Below, piece after piece: positions 50,358-61,093 of a stretch of DNA of 64,000 nucleotides. Location of the stretch: positions 41,408-105,407 of the forward strand of contig CAVZTP010000003.1 of NCBI GenBank assembly GCA_963778345.1, given 5' to 3'. The position numbers and the translations under genes are program-made. Source of the DNA: an uncultured Acidobacteriaceae bacterium (GTDB lineage: Bacteria; Acidobacteriota; Terriglobia; Bryobacterales; Bryobacteraceae). The notes under the pieces are model-generated. The model was given only the letters and a program-made list of their open reading frames with translations, did not search any database and was not told the DNA's origin. Position 1 is the stretch's first letter. Every line of letters starts with the position of its first letter.

Positions 50358-53300
50358 ATGAACGCCAGAACTTCCGCAGGCCACAGAAAGCGATGGCCCG
50401 CGCCACTGGGTCTGGTTCTGATGGCGTTGTGCGCAAGCAACGTGTTCGCGCAATTGGATCAAGGAACCATTACGGGCGTGGTGCAGGATAGCTCGGGCGC
50501 GGTTGTCTCCGGCGCACAGGTAACGCTCACCAACACGGATACAGGGCTGGTGCTGCAGACCAAGACCGATGGGAGGGGCGTCTATATCTTTTCTCCGGTC
50601 AAAATCGGTCATTACAGCGTGAGTGCGGCTACTCCCGGGTTCCAGACTACCTTGCAAACGAATTTGCAATTGAACATACAGGAGAGACTGAATGTCGTGC
50701 TGGTTCTAAATCCCGGCGCGGTGACCCAAACAATCACAGTTACAACCGCGCCTCCACTGCTTCAGTCGCAGTCGGGTTCGGTGAGTCAGGAGATCAGCAC
50801 CCAGACCATCAACAACACTCCGTTAAATCAACGCAACTGGGTATACCTCGCACAGCTCACGACAGGCGTGGTTCCTTCCTCGGGTACTCGGGGCGGGGGA
50901 ACGGGCGACTTTGAATCAAACGGACAGCGCGCGGAACAGAATAACTTTATTCTGGACGGAGTTGATAACAACATAAACATTGTCGATTACGAAAACGGAT
51001 CCAGTTATGCCATTGCTCCGCCTCCGGATGCGTTGTCGGAGTTCAAGTTAGAGACAGCGGACTACACGGCTGAATACGGGCATTCGGCCGGTTCCGTGCT
51101 GAACGCCAGCATCAAATCGGGAACCAACCAGATTCATGGCGATGTGTGGGAATACTTCAGAAACACCTCCTTGGATGCGCGGAACTGGAATGCATTGGTG
51201 ATTCCGCCGTACCACATGAACCAGTTTGGCGGGACGCTGGGCTTCCCGATCTTCAAGAACAAACTTTTCTATTTTGGCGATATTCAAGACACGCGTATCG
51301 CTTATGCCGCGACGAATACGTACACGACCCCGACCTCATTGATGCGCCAGGGCAATTTCAGTGAGATATTGAATACCGCCCTTACCGGGAATTCATCGCC
51401 TGTGAAGTTGTATCAGCCGAATTCCGGCGGAACGCAGCTGTTGACCTGCAACGGACAGATGAATGTGATGTGCGCGAGCCAGATCGACCCGGTAGCTCAA
51501 AAATTGCTTTCGCTGTATCCGCAACCGAATGCAAACGGAGGGAAAACATTCAACAATCTAGTTGAAAATCTGGCTACCGACAGCGATCCGGTTCAATGGG
51601 ACCAACGTGTGGATTGGAATATAAACGAAAAGGACCAGGCCTATGCGCGGTTTAGCTACGTGCATATTATGAACAGGAACACGCCGCCTTTGGGGCCGGT
51701 TCTGGATGGGACAGGAAATTTTGTCGGTTCACAAGACAGCTATCTGACTCAGAATTTCATGATCAGCGAGACGCATCTTTTTAACCCGAATCTGACCAAT
51801 GAATTTCGCTTTTCCTTTAATTGGGGAATCTTCTTAAATCTGCAAGAAAACTATAACGTGAATGAAGCGGCCAGCCTGGGGTTGGGCGGAATGCCGTTCG
51901 GACCAGGATTTCCCGACAATGGCGGCTTGCCTAGCGTCACTATCGGGGGTATCACCGCTTTTGGAACGCACGGTAACGATCCGTCAATTGAGAAACAGAA
52001 TGTTTACCAGATTATCGACAACCTGACTAAGATACTCGGCAATCATTCGTTCAAGACGGGCGTTGATTTGCAGCGGATACGGGTCTTGTTCCTGCAGCCA
52101 CCGGCGCCGCGCGGCAACTACGGTTATAACGGTCTCTATACAAGCATTCCAGGACAGAGTTTCACAGGATACGGTGTCGCCGATTTCCTTGCCGATCAAA
52201 TGAACTCAGCAAGTATTACCAACGAGCCCTCGCTCAATGACGAGCAGGGGTACAGTTCCGGATATATTGAGGACAACTGGAGAGTAACAAACAAGCTAAC
52301 ACTCGATTTAGGGCTGCGGTACGACTATTTTCAGCCATACAAAGAAATGGCGGGACTGCAAGCAAACTTCGTTACCACCTCAGCGGGAATCGGCACGGGC
52401 ACAGGGCTTTACCTGATCCCATCGGCGAGCCGAAATGTGGCTCTTCCCGCGGCATTTACGAGCACACTGCAACAGGATAATATCAGCCTGCAGTACGATT
52501 CCAATTCCAGGCTGGCGAGCGAGCAGAAAACAGCGTTTGCGCCGCGACTCGGCGTTGCCTATCAACTGGGCAGCAAGACCGTTGTGCGCGGCGGCTTTGG
52601 CATTTTTTACGGGGCGATAGAAGGCGCGGGATCCAATGCCAATATCGGAGAGAATTTTCCCTTTGTAGTTCACGCGAATCTGGTCACGCCGAGTTGCAGC
52701 GCAAATAAACCTTGCCCTTCTTTGGGATCTCAGGGGGCCACGCTCGAACAGGGGTTATCGCAGCAGATCGCGCAGGGCATCCAAAACTTTGTTTCGGCTC
52801 CAGGTCTATTTGGCGAAGATCCATCAATCAGGACGCCTTATACGGCTAATTATAATGTTACCGTTCAACGTGCGTTTTCGAACAATCTGGCGGCGACGTT
52901 AGGTTATGTAGGAAATTTCTCGCGAAACCTTATCACTCTAGTAACTTCCAATGGCGCCGAGGCCCTTTTGAGGTCGGGACTTAATTCCAACATCGTGCAG
53001 CCGTTTCCGCAGTTCAGTAGCGCAAACCTACTTACCTATTCAGGTAGAAGCCACTACAATGGATTGCAGGCTTCGTTGCAAAAACGTTACGCGAACGGAC
53101 TCAATTTCTTAGCTAGTTACACATGGTCGCATGCCTTCGACGACTCAGTCGATCCATTGGGAGGCGGCATCGGCGATCGTAACAGCAATCTGATTCCGAT
53201 TATCGACGAATACACAAATTCGTCGTTTGATGTACGCCAGCGGTTCACGTTCAATGGTTTTTACCAGCTACCGTTTGGGAAAGGGCGTGCCTACTTGAAC

Positions 53301-53873
53301 GGCTCGCGGGCGGCTGACCTCATTGTTGGCGGGTGGGCAGCAAACGTGACCTTCTTTGCGCAGACCGGATTTCCGTTCACCGTTGGTCCGAACATCACAG
53401 CCGCAGCGGGCGGAAGCGCGAGAGCTATTTTGACCGGAGATCCCTTTGCTTCGGGCGGTACCCCAAATCCCACCAATCCGAACGTGACCTGCGCAGCGCA
53501 GACGCATACTACGGCTAATTGGTATAACCCGTGCGCCTTTGAAAATCCGCTTGCTGGAAATACGATTCCAGCGGGCACTTATATAACAAACTTTGCGCAG
53601 GTACTTGCCTATCTTGGCGGTAACGCCAACCGGATATACGGTCCAGGGTTTGAGCGGATTAATATGTCTTTGTTCAAAGACTTCACGGCTTGGCGCGAGC
53701 AGCACTTACAGTTCCGTGTAGATATTTTCAATGTGCTAAATCATCCGAGTTGGGCAAATCCATCCACCACGAATATTAATTCGAACGGTGGAACCATAAC
53801 GGGTCCGGTCTCTTTCCAAAGCAATACGCCCGACGCCAGGTTTTTTCAACTTGCACTGAAGTATGTGTTTTGA
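50358..53873 (+). CDS. TonB-dependent receptor with CarboxypepD_reg-like N-terminal domain
   Basis: 1171-aa intact ORF. It has a signal peptide ending ASNVFAQ, ITGVVQDSSGAVVSGAQVTLTNTDTG, plug NNFILDGVDNN and C-terminal QLALKYVF. Confidence 0.9.
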   Translation: MNARTSAGHRKRWPAPLGLVLMALCASNVFAQLDQGTITGVVQDSSGAVVSGAQVTLTNTDTGLVLQTKTDGRGVYIFSPVKIGHYSVSAATPGFQTTLQTNLQLNIQERLNVVLVLNPGAVTQTITVTTAPPLLQSQSGSVSQEISTQTINNTPLNQRNWVYLAQLTTGVVPSSGTRGGGTGDFESNGQRAEQNNFILDGVDNNINIVDYENGSSYAIAPPPDALSEFKLETADYTAEYGHSAGSVLNASIKSGTNQIHGDVWEYFRNTSLDARNWNALVIPPYHMNQFGGTLGFPIFKNKLFYFGDIQDTRIAYAATNTYTTPTSLMRQGNFSEILNTALTGNSSPVKLYQPNSGGTQLLTCNGQMNVMCASQIDPVAQKLLSLYPQPNANGGKTFNNLVENLATDSDPVQWDQRVDWNINEKDQAYARFSYVHIMNRNTPPLGPVLDGTGNFVGSQDSYLTQNFMISETHLFNPNLTNEFRFSFNWGIFLNLQENYNVNEAASLGLGGMPFGPGFPDNGGLPSVTIGGITAFGTHGNDPSIEKQNVYQIIDNLTKILGNHSFKTGVDLQRIRVLFLQPPAPRGNYGYNGLYTSIPGQSFTGYGVADFLADQMNSASITNEPSLNDEQGYSSGYIEDNWRVTNKLTLDLGLRYDYFQPYKEMAGLQANFVTTSAGIGTGTGLYLIPSASRNVALPAAFTSTLQQDNISLQYDSNSRLASEQKTAFAPRLGVAYQLGSKTVVRGGFGIFYGAIEGAGSNANIGENFPFVVHANLVTPSCSANKPCPSLGSQGATLEQGLSQQIAQGIQNFVSAPGLFGEDPSIRTPYTANYNVTVQRAFSNNLAATLGYVGNFSRNLITLVTSNGAEALLRSGLNSNIVQPFPQFSSANLLTYSGRSHYNGLQASLQKRYANGLNFLASYTWSHAFDDSVDPLGGGIGDRNSNLIPIIDEYTNSSFDVRQRFTFNGFYQLPFGKGRAYLNGSRAADLIVGGWAANVTFFAQTGFPFTVGPNITAAAGGSARAILTGDPFASGGTPNPTNPNVTCAAQTHTTANWYNPCAFENPLAGNTIPAGTYITNFAQVLAYLGGNANRIYGPGFERINMSLFKDFTAWREQHLQFRVDIFNVLNHPSWANPSTTNINSNGGTITGPVSFQSNTPDARFFQLALKYVF

Positions 53874-56028
53874 AGAAAGCGGACAGGCCCCCGGCAACGG
53901 CAGAGCGATAGATAGAAGAACCTTCAATAAGCTGGCTGGTGTTCTTGGCGTTTCCGTCTTGACGGGACAGGAATCCGGACCGCGCGTGTCACAGCCGGGA
54001 AGCCGCGCTTTATGGAACCATTATTTCCTGGGGGCGGCGTATTATCCCGAATGGTGGCGGCCCTCCGAGTGGGAAGTAGATTTCCGCCAGATGCAGGAAC
54101 TGGGGATCAACACCGTTCGAATGGGGGAATTTGCCTGGGCCTGTTTTGAACCTTCCGAGGGAAAGTTCGATTTCGGATGGATGGATGAAGCGATCGGGGT
54201 GGCCAGTCGTCATCAGATCGACGTGATTCTCGCCACGCCGACTGCATCGGCGCCGCCCTGGTTGTACCAACTGCATCCGGACGTTTTGGGCGCCAACGCA
54301 AAAGGGCCCTATACGTATGGCGGGAGAAAAGGCTATTGCACCAACAGCCAACACTATCTGGAGGCGGGCGCGCGCATCACGACTGCACTGGCCGAACACT
54401 ATGGCCGATTTCCGGGAGTGATCGGCTGGCAGCTTGATAATGAGCCGGGTTTCCCTTTCGAATGCTACGATCCAAACTGCGAGCGCGCGTTTCAGGCCTG
54501 GTTGCAGAAGCGCTACGGCACTCTGGACGTTCTAAATCGCACCTGGAACGGCGCATTCTGGAGTAATGAGTATTCCGACTGGTCTCAGATCCATTTTCCG
54601 ACGAATTCGGCGGAAGGCGGTTGGCAGCCGGCAATCAGCCTGGATTACCGGCGCTTTTTTTCGGATTCGTTTTTGAATCACCTGAGGCGGCAGGCGACGA
54701 TTCTGCATGAACACGCGAAAGACCAATTTCTGTTTACGAATTGGCCGAATGCCACGTGGTCCGTCGACGTTTTTGCAGGAGCGGAGTTTCTGGATGCAAC
54801 GGCCTGGGACAATTACGTCAGCGCGCCGGGTCTTTCTGAATTTCACCACCAGTACATCGCGGGATTTCATAACGACTTCTGCCGGTGTGCCGGAACGCAG
54901 CAGCGATTTTTCTGCGCCGAACAGATTGCCTACCTTCCACCGAACGCTCTCAATCAAGGACTGCGCTTGCAGGCCTACATCAATCTCGCGCACGGAAGCC
55001 ATGGGCAGATTTATTTTGAATGGCGCCGTCCGCTGGCGGGCAACGAGCAGTTCCGGCCGTCGCTGATAAAGAGATTCGACGGATCGATCAATCCGCAGAA
55101 GCCGGTGTTCGAACAAATCGGCAAGGAATTTGCGCGCCTCGGTCCGCTTTTGGGCGGCGCGACCACTCGTGCAGACATTGCACTTCTTTACGATTTCACG
55201 AACGAATGGTCGCAGGGATTTTGGTCGGTGGGGGACAGGAACGACCATTACGACAGCGCAGCGGGGCGCTATTACAACGGCTTTAAAGTGCTGCAGCGGA
55301 ATATCGACATCGTCCCGTTCGCGACCGAGTTTTCACGTTACAAAATCGTTGTCGCGCCGAACCTGCGCCTGACTGACGATTCGATTGTGCAGCGGTTGAA
55401 GGCTTTTGTGAGGAATGGCGGAATTCTGGTGCTCAACAACCGGGCCGGCACACAGAACCTGGACAACAGCATGAAACGAGTGCTTGCGCCGGGACCTTTT
55501 TCAGAGATTGCGGGTGTCACCGCAGAAGCCAAGCTCGATTTAATCGAAAACAATCCAGCGAACGGGTCGCTTAATTCGGAGCTCGCGATTATCTTTCCGG
55601 GTAACGAAACAGCCTTTCGTCCACGCACCATTTTGGAATCGCTTACGCTGCACGGCGCGGAGCAGATCGCTGCATTTCGCGGCGGCCGGATGACAGGGAG
55701 GCCGGCCATCACTCGGAATCGCGTAGGTCGAGGATGGGTTTTCTATGTCGGTACGGATTGCGCGGAACATGGCTTCCACGAAGCTGTTGCCCACGCAGTT
55801 GGAACGACCGCAAATCTTTCGCCACTGATTTCGGCACCTTATGGTGTTGAAGTGACCAGCCGGGAGGACTCGAAAGCGATTTACTATTTCTTGTTGAATC
55901 TTACCGAGAGTTCGTGGAACAAGATCGTCTTACCTCGACCGATGGATAACGTGATTACGGGCGAGGCCGGCGTCAGAGAGATCTCCTTGGGACCGCTGCA
56001 AGTTGCCGTAGTAGCGCAGGCCCTTTAG
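53863..56028 (+). CDS. GH42-family beta-galactosidase with Tat-like signal
   Basis: DRRTFNKLAGVLGVSVL, INTVRMGEFAWACFEPSEGKFDF and GWQLDNEPG (catalytic acid/base region). 721 aa. Confidence 0.85.
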   Translation: MCFEESGQAPGNGRAIDRRTFNKLAGVLGVSVLTGQESGPRVSQPGSRALWNHYFLGAAYYPEWWRPSEWEVDFRQMQELGINTVRMGEFAWACFEPSEGKFDFGWMDEAIGVASRHQIDVILATPTASAPPWLYQLHPDVLGANAKGPYTYGGRKGYCTNSQHYLEAGARITTALAEHYGRFPGVIGWQLDNEPGFPFECYDPNCERAFQAWLQKRYGTLDVLNRTWNGAFWSNEYSDWSQIHFPTNSAEGGWQPAISLDYRRFFSDSFLNHLRRQATILHEHAKDQFLFTNWPNATWSVDVFAGAEFLDATAWDNYVSAPGLSEFHHQYIAGFHNDFCRCAGTQQRFFCAEQIAYLPPNALNQGLRLQAYINLAHGSHGQIYFEWRRPLAGNEQFRPSLIKRFDGSINPQKPVFEQIGKEFARLGPLLGGATTRADIALLYDFTNEWSQGFWSVGDRNDHYDSAAGRYYNGFKVLQRNIDIVPFATEFSRYKIVVAPNLRLTDDSIVQRLKAFVRNGGILVLNNRAGTQNLDNSMKRVLAPGPFSEIAGVTAEAKLDLIENNPANGSLNSELAIIFPGNETAFRPRTILESLTLHGAEQIAAFRGGRMTGRPAITRNRVGRGWVFYVGTDCAEHGFHEAVAHAVGTTANLSPLISAPYGVEVTSREDSKAIYYFLLNLTESSWNKIVLPRPMDNVITGEAGVREISLGPLQVAVVAQAL

Positions 56029-56102
56029 GCCGGCACACCGGCGGGTAGAGATGCGGATCGCACCGGCAGGCAATTTGCATAATTGGTAGAGGAAAAAACA
56101 GG

Positions 56103-56525
56103 ATGCTGTCCAACAGATCGATACCTCGCGCGACCGTCATTCCGGTGTTGGCGTATCGGGATGTAAATCAGGCTGCGGCTTGGCTGTGCGATGCATTCGG
56201 ATTTAGCGTGCGTCTACGGATCGGTAACCACCGCGTGCAGTTGAATGTGGGAGAAGGAGCGGTGATCGTGAGGGAGATGCGCTCGAACGAGACCAACGCA
56301 GTTCCGGGCATTGGATACTCGGTCACTGTTCGCGTCGAAGATGCCGATGCCCACTGCAACCGTGCCAGGAATCACGGGGCGCGGGTCACGCAGGAGCCGG
56401 TGACTCATCCGTACGGGGAGCGGCAATACAGCGCGGCTGATTTTGCAGGGCACTCATGGACCTTTTCGCAGTCCGTAGCGGATGTGCATCCCCAGGATTG
56501 GGGCGGAACGGCGGAACAGCTATAG
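56103..56525 (+). CDS. VOC/glyoxalase-family protein
   Basis: 140 aa with PVLAYRDVNQAAAWLCDAFGF...YGERQYSAADFAGHSWTF, typical of the glyoxalase/bleomycin-resistance fold. Confidence 0.8.
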   Translation: MLSNRSIPRATVIPVLAYRDVNQAAAWLCDAFGFSVRLRIGNHRVQLNVGEGAVIVREMRSNETNAVPGIGYSVTVRVEDADAHCNRARNHGARVTQEPVTHPYGERQYSAADFAGHSWTFSQSVADVHPQDWGGTAEQL

Positions 56526-56611
56526 CATTACGTTGCTGCAGTTCCCCATGCAGTTTTTCCGGATGGACCTGCACTGCGAAGCGTGACTGTCTTCCGAATG
56601 AATACTGCGCC

Positions 56612-57124
56612 TTATGAAGGGTAAAGCAAAGAATTCACCAATGCGCCGAGCTTAAAAAATTCTTCCAGAAGGCTCGGTTTTTTGAAATACGCTGTCGCTC
56701 CGAGCTGCCGATTTTTCTCCATTTCGTCAAGGGCTTCCGAGGAGCTAACAATCACCACCGGAACCAATGCACAACGACGGCTGGCGCGAATGCGGCTCAA
56801 TACCCAATGTCCCGATCGCTTGGGTAAATTCAAATCGAGTAAGACAATGCTGGGACAGGCTGCCGTTGCATCCCTATCGAGACAATCGAAAAAGGAAGCG
56901 GCTTGGTCGCCGTCCGAAAGCACTGTAGAGTCACACTGCACATTGTGCTCCCGAAGCGCTTCCTCGATCATGAAAACATCTCCAGGGTTGTCCTCCACGA
57001 TGAGGATGCACTGCTTGTCCGCGGACGTTTCAGCGTTTGTGAAGCGCAGAGCGTCTTCTTCCGAGGCGAGAGGTCCCGCGGGAAACGGGATGCCACGATC
57101 CGGGAGCATCACTGAGGCAAGCAT
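56612..57124 (-). CDS. stand-alone response regulator receiver protein
   Basis: ILIVEDNPGD, VLLDLNLPKRSG, VVIVSSS and YFKKP. Its start overlaps the end of the kinase gene. Confidence 0.85.
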   Translation of the reverse strand: MLASVMLPDRGIPFPAGPLASEEDALRFTNAETSADKQCILIVEDNPGDVFMIEEALREHNVQCDSTVLSDGDQAASFFDCLDRDATAACPSIVLLDLNLPKRSGHWVLSRIRASRRCALVPVVIVSSSEALDEMEKNRQLGATAYFKKPSLLEEFFKLGALVNSLLYPS

Positions 57125-60100
57125 TCGGATCGTCCTCTCGGAACTTGCTGGCCGGCTTGGGGCTCTTCGGCAGGAAAAGCAAAAAAGAATGTAGAGCCCG
57201 TGCCCACTTTCGACTCGACCCAGATGCGGCCCCGGTAGTGCTCCACCAATTTCTTGCAGATCGCCAATCCCAGGCCTGTACCCGAGTAACGCTCGCGCGT
57301 ATGAAGACGCTTGAAAAGGCCGAATATCTGGTCCCGGTAATCGGGCTCAATCCCAATGCCGTTATCCGCGATAGAGATCACCCACTCTTGGGGCTTCCGA
57401 TCCGCGGTCACTCGAATGACAGGCGGCCGCTCGGATCGATACTTCAGGGCATTACTCAAAAGGTTCTGAAAAAGCTGATTCAGATGCACTGGTTCTATTT
57501 TCAAAACGGGCAAAGGGCCGCGCGTAATAGCGGCATTGTTCTCACGAATGGCAACCTGAAGGGTGGCTAGCGTGCTGTCGAATACCTCGTCTAGAGCAAT
57601 CGGCGGTTTCGGCGCGATGGATACACAAGAAGCCTGCGTATAGGCGAGCAGATCGCGGATCATCCCTTCCATACGGACCGCGCTTTCGACACATTGTTTA
57701 ATGATCAGATCGGCTTGGGAATCTAATTGGCCGTGGTATTTTTTCTTCAGCATCTGACTGTAAAGCGCGACCATTCGCAGCGGCTCCTGCAGATCGTGAC
57801 TAGCTGAATAGGCAAACTGCTGCAAGTCTGCGTTGGCTCGGGATAAAGCGCGGTTTGTTTCTATAAATCCGGTGACGTTGCGAGTTGAGCCTGCGACAGC
57901 CTCGACTTCGCCGTTTTGCGAAAGCACGGGAACGAGAACGTAGTCGAGATGCTCGATGTCTCCATTCATGCTTACAAGCGCTGTTTCGTCACGGATGGGA
58001 CGCCGTCGATCAATTACCTCCTGCATTTGGATTCGCAGTTTGGCGACAAGCTCGGCTGGATATCTCAACTCGTCAAGATTTTTGCCAACCACGGCGGAAA
58101 AGGGTCTTTGCCAACGCTGCAGCAGAGCTTGATTGGCGTACATCAAGCGGCCCTGGAGATCGAATACGTAAATGGAATCAGGCGTGTGCGACAGCGCGGT
58201 ATCGAACAATCGCCACTGCCGCTCAATTTCCGCCGCACTGCGGCGTTTTTCTTCCTCCTGCGACAGTTCCCGACGCAGATGAGCAAGCTCCAAATTGACC
58301 CGAACACGCGCCAGGAGCTCACGTGCGTTGAAAGGCTTTACCAGGTAATCATCGGCGCCGGCCTGAATGCCTTCTACACGAGCTTCTTCTCCAGCACGTG
58401 CCGAAAGCATGATCACAGGAATCCCTTGACTGCTCTTATTGGTGCGCAACGCGTGCAGCAAGCCGAACCCGTCCAATTCCGGCATCATGACATCGGTCAG
58501 AACCAGATCAGGCATGCGAGTCTCGATCGTTCGCAAGGCTTGAGCTCCATCGCTGACGGATTCTATTTCGAATTCAGGTGCCAGGATGTGTTCGATGTAT
58601 TGCCGCATATCGGCGTTGTCATCGGCCAAGACAATGCGCCTGGAACGCCTGTTCGCAGAGTTCGTGCTTTCGTTGGGCCGGTACGATACGCAATTCGTAG
58701 GCAGCCAGTGTAGAGCCTCTTCGACGAATATATTTGCGGCTTTAAGGCTTACATTCGCTTTGCGGTCATGATGGACCTGTTCTGCCGGAAGGTGCTTGTA
58801 ACCCTTCGGAACACCAATGCGAAAGGTTGTACCGACGCCTAACGTGCTTTCTACCCAGACTCGTCCGCCGTGCAACTTCACGAGATCTTCGACCAGTGCC
58901 AAGCCAATGCCAGTGCCTTCATACGTGCGCCCCCGTGCACCCTGTACACGATGAAAACGCTTAAAGAGGTTCGGAAGCTCGTGCCCAGGGATACCCGTGC
59001 CCGTATCGGATACCGATAGCAGAACCTCCCGCCCGGCTTCTTCCAGTTGCACACGGATCGTCCCATGAAAAGTGAACTTAAAAGCATTGGACAGGAGATT
59101 GAGAATGATTTTTTCCCACATCTCGCGGTCTACATAGATCGGCTCGGACAGTTTTGCGCAGTGGACTTCCAGCCTCAAGCCAGCCTTTTCGGTAGCGGAA
59201 CGAAAAATGCTCGCTAGGTCACGGGTTAAAGCGGACAGGTCCGTGCCTTCATACGCGGCTTGCACCCGATTGGCTTCGATGCGCGAGAAATCAAGTAAGG
59301 TATTGACCAACCGAAGCAGCCGAAGCCCGTTTCGATGAACCAAGTCAATAGCCTGACGCTTCGCAGTAAACTCCTCTTTGCGGTGGGTCAGCATTTCTTC
59401 GAGCGGCCCGAGCATCAGCGTCAGAGGGGTCCGGAATTCGTGGCTGACATTGCTAAAAAACGCAGTCTTCGCTCTGTCAAGCTCAGCCAACTTTTCAGCG
59501 CGCTTCCGTTCCTCCTCATAGGCGCGAGCGTTCACGATCGCGGCGGTGAGAGCAGCGCCGATGAGATCGACGAAAGCCCGGTATTCATTCGTGAACGGCA
59601 GTCGAGGGCTTACCGCCGCAATGAGAAAACCAGCCGGGTAGTCGAATCCGGCCATCACAATTGGAAGCACAAGCGCAGTGTCCGGAGACTCCGGATAGGG
59701 CCCACAGTTTAACGACCCAAACAGGTTCGTGAGACCCGTTACTGTGCAAGGTGTTCCGGTGCGAAGTATCTCATCCAGCGGCCACGGAGAGCCGCCGCCG
59801 ATTTCGATCAGTTCTGGGCTTGCGGGCGTGCCGCGGTTCAGATGTGCGGTGGCGGTCAGGCGTGCCCGTTTACCGTTTTCGTCCAGCAGGTAAACCATTA
59901 CAAACGGTAGGTCCAGGTGATACTGCCTGAGCGCGGTTATCGCCAGGTCGCAAGCCTGTTCAATGGTCTTCGATTGACTAGCCTGCGATCCTAAATCCTG
60001 AAGAGCACGGGTGCGACGCTGACTCAGCATCTGTACAGTGGTCTCAGTAACCGGATGAAATAATCCCCCAACCTCGCCGGATTCATCCCGAATAGGACTC

Positions 60101-60519
60101 AAAGAAAACGTGAAAAAAGTCTCCTCCAGATAACCAAGGCGGTCGAGGAACATTCTCTGATTTTCGAGAAAAGACGTCTCTCCGGCCAGCGCGCGGTCAA
60201 ACGCCTCGGCCAGGCTGTCCCAAGCAGACGCCCAGGTCTTTGTATAATCTTCGCCCAATGATTTTGGGTGTTTTCCCGCGCAGATAGGGCGATATCCGTC
60301 GTTGTAGATTTGAATGTGCTGCGGTCCCCAGATCAAGTTGATAGGAAAGTTCGAAGCGAGACAAAGGCTCACCGTCGTTCGCAAACTTTGAGGCCAACTT
60401 TCTATGGGTCCCAAAGGTGTGGCGGCCCAGTCTTTGGAGCGAATTGCCTCGCCCATGATGCCGCCGCCTATTAAGAAATGGCCGGCTGCAGATAGCGGTG
60501 ACTTGGATGCGTTAGGCAC
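57109..60519 (-). CDS. hybrid sensor histidine kinase with two kinase cores and an internal receiver
   Basis: 1136 aa. First core: H-box SHEFRTPL with GTGIGLALV. Receiver: LADDNADMR...DVMMPELDG. Then a PAS-like region and a second core: H-box SHDLQEPL with GTGLGLAICKKLV. Confidence 0.9.
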   Translation of the reverse strand: MPNASKSPLSAAGHFLIGGGIMGEAIRSKDWAATPLGPIESWPQSLRTTVSLCLASNFPINLIWGPQHIQIYNDGYRPICAGKHPKSLGEDYTKTWASAWDSLAEAFDRALAGETSFLENQRMFLDRLGYLEETFFTFSLSPIRDESGEVGGLFHPVTETTVQMLSQRRTRALQDLGSQASQSKTIEQACDLAITALRQYHLDLPFVMVYLLDENGKRARLTATAHLNRGTPASPELIEIGGGSPWPLDEILRTGTPCTVTGLTNLFGSLNCGPYPESPDTALVLPIVMAGFDYPAGFLIAAVSPRLPFTNEYRAFVDLIGAALTAAIVNARAYEEERKRAEKLAELDRAKTAFFSNVSHEFRTPLTLMLGPLEEMLTHRKEEFTAKRQAIDLVHRNGLRLLRLVNTLLDFSRIEANRVQAAYEGTDLSALTRDLASIFRSATEKAGLRLEVHCAKLSEPIYVDREMWEKIILNLLSNAFKFTFHGTIRVQLEEAGREVLLSVSDTGTGIPGHELPNLFKRFHRVQGARGRTYEGTGIGLALVEDLVKLHGGRVWVESTLGVGTTFRIGVPKGYKHLPAEQVHHDRKANVSLKAANIFVEEALHWLPTNCVSYRPNESTNSANRRSRRIVLADDNADMRQYIEHILAPEFEIESVSDGAQALRTIETRMPDLVLTDVMMPELDGFGLLHALRTNKSSQGIPVIMLSARAGEEARVEGIQAGADDYLVKPFNARELLARVRVNLELAHLRRELSQEEEKRRSAAEIERQWRLFDTALSHTPDSIYVFDLQGRLMYANQALLQRWQRPFSAVVGKNLDELRYPAELVAKLRIQMQEVIDRRRPIRDETALVSMNGDIEHLDYVLVPVLSQNGEVEAVAGSTRNVTGFIETNRALSRANADLQQFAYSASHDLQEPLRMVALYSQMLKKKYHGQLDSQADLIIKQCVESAVRMEGMIRDLLAYTQASCVSIAPKPPIALDEVFDSTLATLQVAIRENNAAITRGPLPVLKIEPVHLNQLFQNLLSNALKYRSERPPVIRVTADRKPQEWVISIADNGIGIEPDYRDQIFGLFKRLHTRERYSGTGLGLAICKKLVEHYRGRIWVESKVGTGSTFFFAFPAEEPQAGQQVPRGRSECLPQ

Positions 60520-61093
60520 CTGGTCCTCCGGATATTGTTAAGTTTGGTCCGGATTAAAGAAAGGAAGGCGCGCCGCGCTGCACGGGCCTTTGGGACTTTC
60601 CCAAGAACTTGGAATCTACGAGCGCGCGAAGAGGCGCTCCCGGACTTATGCCTAGTCTACCGTTTTAGAGTTCAAAGAGCAAAGAATTTGATCTCCAGGC
60701 GGGTTGCTGTCGCGGTGAATTCGTTAGCATGGGCGCACTTCCCGCAGGGGCGAAAACCTGGCCAAGCGTCGACAGGAGTCTCGACGCGGCACGCGAGAGT
60801 GCGCGGGCCACAAAAAGGCGTCACGAGGGATACGCGTTGCTTCAGCGGTGCTGGTCGTGAATTTGCAAAGTGGATATAGCAGCTTTTCCGGCCAGAGGAG
60901 CGACCTCAGACCCGAATTGCCATCTAAACTAGATAAGAGGGCGTTGCACCACGAAATGTCCTTCCTCCCCGGTTGCTAGCGAATATCCCGGTCGAAACGC
61001 TATCTGAGGAAAAGGCGAGGCAGGCCTCGCCCCTACATGAACTCAGGTGTTCCGGATGGCCATCCCGATCCGCACCAATGAAAGGCGCTAATT

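Noticed and set aside
50235-50669. Upstream 145 codons of the 692-aa ORF containing the SSS transporter
   Set aside because: The sequence is not protein-like and overlaps the divergent TonB receptor gene and its promoter region. The transporter's first TM segment follows the internal ATG at 50234.
60535-60879. 114-aa ORF in the intergenic region upstream of the histidine kinase
   Set aside because: It is Arg/Ala-rich with no motif. It lies in a region containing GC-rich repeat-like sequence (…GTCGACAGGAGTCTCGACGCGGCACGCGAGAGTGCGCGGGCCAC…), so it is more likely non-coding.
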